Under the pieces are notes generated by a model. It was given only the letters and a program-made list of their open reading frames with translations, made no database searches and was not told the DNA's origin. Shown here piece after piece: positions 50,705 through 54,428 of a stretch of DNA of 54,428 bases; within the stretch, counting starts at the first letter, position 1, and each line of letters starts with the position of its first letter. Both the position numbers and the translations under genes were made by a program. This DNA is from a virus, in IMG/VR virus record IMGVR_UViG_3300047173_000017. One strand, given 5' to 3'.

Positions 50705-51321
50705 AGGTCGTTGCGCTGCTTGAATCGGTACACCGCGAGTGTCGAGGCGAACCGGGAAAAGTCGTCGGTATCTTCGTGCGCCGTCAAATAAAAGCGGCCG
50801 GTCGGTTTCAGGTAGCAGCACAGTCGCCGGCTGGACGCCGGCTTGCCGGTCATTTCGATGCGCGCCTGCTCGTAGGCGGCGGTCTGCATCCCGTGGGTCG
50901 GCCTGGTGGTGCCGGATTTGATGTCGACCTGGACGCTGAGGCTGCGCCCGTGCCGGCCCATCTTCATGATTCCCCACCGATCCGCCGTGCCCACGTAGTC
51001 GAACCGCTTGCTGTAAACCCGTTCCTCGATCGCGGTCGGCTCGAAGTCGTGGGTCTGCCTGAACAGAATCCAGGCGTCGAGGTACGGCTTGACGATCGGG
51101 TCGACTGTGGTCCAGTCCAGCGTGCCGCGGTCGAACAGTTCGCACGCCAGGTGCACGTCGGTGCCGAGCTCGCCTGCGGCTTTCAGGACCACGGGGTCGA
51201 CCGACCAGGGGTAGACGGCGTCGAGGACGGTCGTGACGCTGGGCGGGTGCCGCACCAGGTCGCCGATCCGCACCGTGTAGCGGTGCGTCGGGACGTCGAG
51301 CTCAATGACCGGATCGGTCAT
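50701..51321 (-). CDS. PD-(D/E)xK exonuclease (YqaJ/RecB-like partner of RecT)
   Basis: GTDVH...YVGTADRWG...LSVQVDIKSG...Y gives the D...D/E-x-K layout. Adjacent to recT. Confidence 0.75.
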   Translation of the reverse strand: MTDPVIELDVPTHRYTVRIGDLVRHPPSVTTVLDAVYPWSVDPVVLKAAGELGTDVHLACELFDRGTLDWTTVDPIVKPYLDAWILFRQTHDFEPTAIEERVYSKRFDYVGTADRWGIMKMGRHGRSLSVQVDIKSGTTRPTHGMQTAAYEQARIEMTGKPASSRRLCCYLKPTGRFYLTAHEDTDDFSRFASTLAVYRFKQRNDL

Positions 51322-51454
51322 GCAGCTGCTCCCGTGCGTGGCGGATGATGGCGCGCAGCCGCAGCGCGTGCGAGATCCGCCAGCGGCGCAGCTGCTCGCG
51401 GATCTCGGCCTGGTGGCGCGCCACCGCGTAGTCGATCAAGGCCTCGAGGCTCAC
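51302..51454 (-). CDS. Doubtful small ORF (50 aa) between recT and the exonuclease gene
   Basis: GTG start overlapping the recT stop (GTGA). 20-nt overlap with the exonuclease gene. Confidence 0.35.
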   Translation of the reverse strand: MSLEALIDYAVARHQAEIREQLRRWRISHALRLRAIIRHAREQLHDRSGH

Positions 51455-52389
51455 GCCTTGGCCTGCAGTTCGATGATCTTCTCGCGCAGCGCCGTGAATT
51501 GGTCGACGCTCAGTTTGTCGATCGCCGGCGCCACCGAGAATCCGGCTTCCTTGGCGACAGCCTCGAGGGTCATCTTCAGGCCGGCCAGTTTCGACTCGAT
51601 CCACTTGCGCTCGCCGGCGCCGACGATCTCTTCGGTCGCGACGGTTTCCGGCCGCGGCGCGGGGGCGGGCGCGGCGGCGGCGGGCGCGGAGGCGGGCGCG
51701 GCGACGCGCGGCGCCGGCGTGCGGCGCAGCGACTCGGCGTGTTCGACCGCGTCGTCGATGCCGATGGTCTTGCCCTCGAGCTCTTCAGCGGTCTGGGCGG
51801 CGCCGACTTCGGGAAAAGCCCGGCGCAGTGCTTGCGCTTCGGCGCACTTGCTCAGCTGGCCGTAGGCTCGCTTGCGCCACATGGTATTCGGCACGGTGCT
51901 GTCGCGGCTGACGGTGGCATAGTTCTCCGTCCAGCGTTCGATCGCGGAGAATTGCGCCATGGTTCCGTCGGCCAGGCGCCGGATGACGGTCACGCGGCAC
52001 CATTCCGGGTAGACCAGCTCGTTGTCGTCGCCCCACCGCATCACCTTGTCGGGCCCGTACTCCGGCTCCGACGTCCCGGCGTGCTGCTTCGTGCGCGCGG
52101 CCGTGGTCCGGTAAGACGAGACGCCAGGCATGATGACGTCGCGGTACTCATATTTGTCCTTGCCGTTCTGATCCTTCTGGCCGGCGACCTTCACCGACAT
52201 CGGGACGATATGCACCGGCTTCTGAAGCGGGTCCAGGTTCTGCGCGCGGCAGTAACCGACGACCAGGGCGATCGAGTCTCGCTTCGCTCCGGGGTAGACC
52301 GACGATTCAAGGACGCGGTACAGCTGCTCTTCGTCCATCGCCAGCGCGGGAATGCCGTGCGGCGACGGTGCTGCCAGGTCATTTGCCAT
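51451..52389 (-). CDS. recT: RecT/Bet-family single-strand annealing recombinase
   Basis: LVVGYCRAQNLDPLQKPVHIVPM...WRKRAYGQLSKCAEAQALRRAFPE is the conserved RecT-family core. Strong AGGAGGA RBS. Confidence 0.85.
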   Translation of the reverse strand: MANDLAAPSPHGIPALAMDEEQLYRVLESSVYPGAKRDSIALVVGYCRAQNLDPLQKPVHIVPMSVKVAGQKDQNGKDKYEYRDVIMPGVSSYRTTAARTKQHAGTSEPEYGPDKVMRWGDDNELVYPEWCRVTVIRRLADGTMAQFSAIERWTENYATVSRDSTVPNTMWRKRAYGQLSKCAEAQALRRAFPEVGAAQTAEELEGKTIGIDDAVEHAESLRRTPAPRVAAPASAPAAAAPAPAPRPETVATEEIVGAGERKWIESKLAGLKMTLEAVAKEAGFSVAPAIDKLSVDQFTALREKIIELQAKA

Positions 52390-52416
52390 TGGTTCCTCCT
52401 GTGGGGTATGTAAAAT
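52389..52416 (+). promoter_or_regulatory. Candidate promoter for the opposite-strand gene in a 66-bp AT-rich gap
   Basis: TTGGTT (52389-52394), 16-nt spacer, TAAAAT (52411-52416). On the other strand TTGACT-N17-TAATCT could serve recT. Confidence 0.3.
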
Positions 52417-52455
52417 AGATTACCAAATCCAGGTCAAACAGTCAAAAAGGTAAAC

Positions 52456-52782
52456 ATGCCGGCCTATCCCAAATCGCCGCACTACGAAAGCCGGCCGCTG
52501 CGCCAGCTGATCGCGACCCTCGAGTGCGTGCGCTGCGGGATCGAGGGGTACACGCAGTGCGCGCACATGGGTGGTGTGGCGCAAGGTAAGGGGCTGGGCT
52601 ACAAAGTCAGCGACTCGCGTTGTGCCGCGCTGTGCGGGCCGCACCCGAACGCCGAGGGGGAGATCGTCGTCGGGTGCCACGCCGAGGTCGGGGAGGGGCA
52701 CGGCGACCACGGGCTCGAGTGGATCGCCCGCACCTTCATCCTGCTGGTCGAGCGCGGGTTGCTGGTGGTCAAGCGGCGCTAG
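52456..52782 (+). CDS. YbcO/DUF1364-like zinc nuclease-type protein (108 aa), opposite strand to its neighbours
   Basis: LECVRCGIEGYTQCAHMGGV...GKGLGYKVSDSRCAALCGPH...GCH parallels the Cys/His pattern of lambdoid YbcO. GC3-rich codons. The long minus-strand ORF here is Arg/Gly shadow. Confidence 0.65.
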   Translation: MPAYPKSPHYESRPLRQLIATLECVRCGIEGYTQCAHMGGVAQGKGLGYKVSDSRCAALCGPHPNAEGEIVVGCHAEVGEGHGDHGLEWIARTFILLVERGLLVVKRR

Positions 52783-53234
52783 CCGACCCAGCGCCATTTC
52801 CCACCGACCAGGTCGTCGCCCACCGGCAGCACCATCCGGTCCGGCCGGCTGTGCCACCAGCGCGCCGGCCCACCGCTGTCCTGCTTGTCGAGCGTGAAGC
52901 CGGCCGCACGCAAGCTGGCGCCGCCTTCCTCCGGCAGCGTGTAGGTGTAGACCGGCCCGTGGCCAAGCGCCATCGCCGCGCGCCTGGCCGCGCCGTAGAG
53001 CATTGAGCACGCATTGCGCGTGCCGTCGGTGCAGAGGCGGGTGATCTCGACGGCGCGGCCGTCGTCCAGGTGCGGGGCGACCGGCCGGCCGACGATTGCC
53101 ACGCCGACCAGGCGCCCGTCAAGCTCGACGCCGACGCTGAATTTATGCCCGGCCGGCACGCGGTTGTGGCGGTGGTGCTGCCGGACAAAATCGCGGGCCT
53201 GCGCCAGCGTGACGGGTGCTAGCTTCAGGCTCAA
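52779..53234 (-). CDS. GNAT-fold acyltransferase-like protein (151 aa)
   Basis: TTG start in a TTGA overlap. ARDFVRQHHRHNRVPAGHKFSVGVELDGRLVGVAIVGRPVAPHLDDGRAVEITRLCTDGTRNACSMLYGAARRAA is a recurrent phage GNAT-like pattern. Confidence 0.7.
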   Translation of the reverse strand: MSLKLAPVTLAQARDFVRQHHRHNRVPAGHKFSVGVELDGRLVGVAIVGRPVAPHLDDGRAVEITRLCTDGTRNACSMLYGAARRAAMALGHGPVYTYTLPEEGGASLRAAGFTLDKQDSGGPARWWHSRPDRMVLPVGDDLVGGKWRWVG

Positions 53235-53908
53235 GCGTCGATCGTCCAGTTGAGCTCGAGCCTGGATTCCGGGTTCGTCCGATGCAGGTAGGCCAGCTGC
53301 GCGACGATGTTCGCGCGGTGGTGGCCGACGGCGTCGGCGTAGGCCGGACTGCGGCTGTAATTGCCGGCGTGCGACGTCCACTCGTATCCAACGAACGGTA
53401 GCTTCACCGCGCCGCCGCGCAGCGCCGCCGCGGCTTTGAGGAACCAATCCGCCCCCCACGGCAGAGACTTCGCGAACATGGCGTCATCGTCCAGCAGCGC
53501 GTCGGCCCGGATCAGCGCGAAGTGGTGGATCGCGCCGCGGTTGTAGACGCACTCGATCAGCTGTGAAGGTCCTTCGTGGCGGGTAAGGAACCCTCGCCTC
53601 TCGTCGACGTGCTCTTCGTGCGTGAACGCGACCGCGGCTGTCGTCGCCTCGAGCGCGCGGATGCAGCGCGCCACGGTGTTGTCGAGGGTCAGCATGTCGT
53701 CGTCGTCGACGAACCCGAAACAGTCGCCCCAATGAACATGCTCGAGGCAGCGTTGCGTCGCCTCCCCTTCGGTCGCGCCGTAGACGATCGTGTGCGCGAG
53801 CTGGTATCCCGGCGGCATCTTCTGCCGGCCGACCGAGTTGCAAGCGTTTACGAAAGCGGAGGCGCGGGTCAGGTGCGCTGGATTGTGGCGCGTAAAAATT
53901 CGGATCAT
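53231..53908 (-). CDS. GT-A (family-2-like) glycosyltransferase (225 aa)
   Basis: ATGA-coupled start (MIRIFTRHNP...). FGFVDDDDML provides the DxD motif in the usual position after an N-terminal Rossmann-like strand. Confidence 0.65.
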   Translation of the reverse strand: MIRIFTRHNPAHLTRASAFVNACNSVGRQKMPPGYQLAHTIVYGATEGEATQRCLEHVHWGDCFGFVDDDDMLTLDNTVARCIRALEATTAAVAFTHEEHVDERRGFLTRHEGPSQLIECVYNRGAIHHFALIRADALLDDDAMFAKSLPWGADWFLKAAAALRGGAVKLPFVGYEWTSHAGNYSRSPAYADAVGHHRANIVAQLAYLHRTNPESRLELNWTIDA

Positions 53909-54390
53909 CTGGATTGCTCCTTGAGGTAGGCGTCTACGCAGTGGTTCCATCCGTCAACGAACATGCGCTGCTCTATCGAGTCCAGGGGGTATGTCCGCAT
54001 CTTTGCCGGCACCTCGACGGGGCTGCCCCCCGAATGCGGGTGAAACCACCTGAACTTCCGCCCGCAACCACAACGCCCGTGATATTCAACCGCATCGATG
54101 CTGCGGCCCGATCCGCGGCAGGTTGGGCAAGCGTCTACGCCACCAGGCACTGCTGGTGCGGCGTAGATCAGATCGAGGCATTTCAAGTAGTCGGCATATT
54201 CTGAGTCGGCAAGCGTGTTGCGAAGATAGTTGTCGACTGCGTCATAAGCCGCACTACGCGCAGGATCATCCTTCGGCTCCGGCGCTCCCTTGGCGAGCAG
54301 GGCGCGGGCCGCATCCAACCGCTGCAATAGCTGGCGCTTCTCTAGCTCGTGGTATTCGGCTTGGCGGTCCATTGCCGCGCTTAGCGACAT
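53905..54390 (-). CDS. Hypothetical zinc-ribbon protein (161 aa)
   Basis: ORF track. CPTCRGSG...CGCGRKF. Its 5' end lies inside the 127-bp terminal repeat. Confidence 0.65.
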   Translation of the reverse strand: MSLSAAMDRQAEYHELEKRQLLQRLDAARALLAKGAPEPKDDPARSAAYDAVDNYLRNTLADSEYADYLKCLDLIYAAPAVPGGVDACPTCRGSGRSIDAVEYHGRCGCGRKFRWFHPHSGGSPVEVPAKMRTYPLDSIEQRMFVDGWNHCVDAYLKEQSR

Positions 54391-54428
54391 GGCATTGGCT
54401 TTCCAGTCCGGCTCGCCGGTCGGCGCCA
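54302..54428. repeat. Terminal direct repeat, copy 2 (identical to 1..127)
   Basis: See copy 1. Confidence 0.9.

Noticed and set aside
52420-53010. 196-aa minus-strand ORF that would keep the leftward block uninterrupted
   Set aside because: Arg/Gly/Ala/Pro shadow composition. The plus-strand ORF 52456..52782 has GC3-rich codons, an RBS-spaced ATG after an AT-rich gap, and a YbcO-like Cys/His pattern.

Overview
The window is one complete, circularly closed tailed-phage genome. Bases 1-127 recur exactly at 54302-54428, leaving 54,301 unique bp; the overlap length looks like an assembler k-mer closure rather than biology. The sequence is visibly high in G+C. I see no tRNA, rRNA, CRISPR array, integrase, repressor, DNA polymerase or RNA polymerase. 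All family names below come from reading motifs by eye; no search was run.

The genome forms two convergent transcription blocks. They start back to back at an AT-rich control region (about 3005-3092) and collide with overlapping stop codons at 47651-47654.

Rightward block (3093-47654, + strand), in gene order:
- Cro/YdaS-like regulator, small terminase and many small early ORFs
- Vsr/DUF559-like endonuclease
- DUF1376 replication initiator with an internal iteron plus AT-rich origin
- large terminase, portal and a GH24 muramidase
- structural and fibre genes, including a low-GC island encoding a signal-peptide adhesin-like protein
- an 843-aa acidic Trp-rich repeat protein
- scaffold, P22-type coat, adaptor, nozzle and fibre proteins
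- four internal-virion-type proteins and a 3,438-aa polyvalent giant protein
- a holin/holin-like/Rz/Rz1 lysis cassette with no endolysin of its own

Leftward block (3004 down to 1, continuing through the junction from 54428 down to 47651, - strand) holds about 25 tightly overlapping small genes:
- a TGT/DpdA-like transglycosylase and a 200-aa miniature C5-methyltransferase-like protein
- a GT-A glycosyltransferase and a GNAT-fold acyltransferase
- RecT plus a PD-(D/E)xK exonuclease
- an HNH/AP2-type endonuclease and a KTSC protein
- one opposite-strand YbcO/DUF1364-like gene that interrupts the block

Best candidates for something new:
1. The early-operon set of four putative nucleic-acid or base-modifying enzymes. 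No deazapurine precursor pathway is present.
2. The acidic Trp-rich repeat module shared by two tail-region proteins.
3. The modular giant protein, which has repeated linker motifs, an HExxH module and an ART-like module.
4. The exported adhesin-like protein inside the structural operon.
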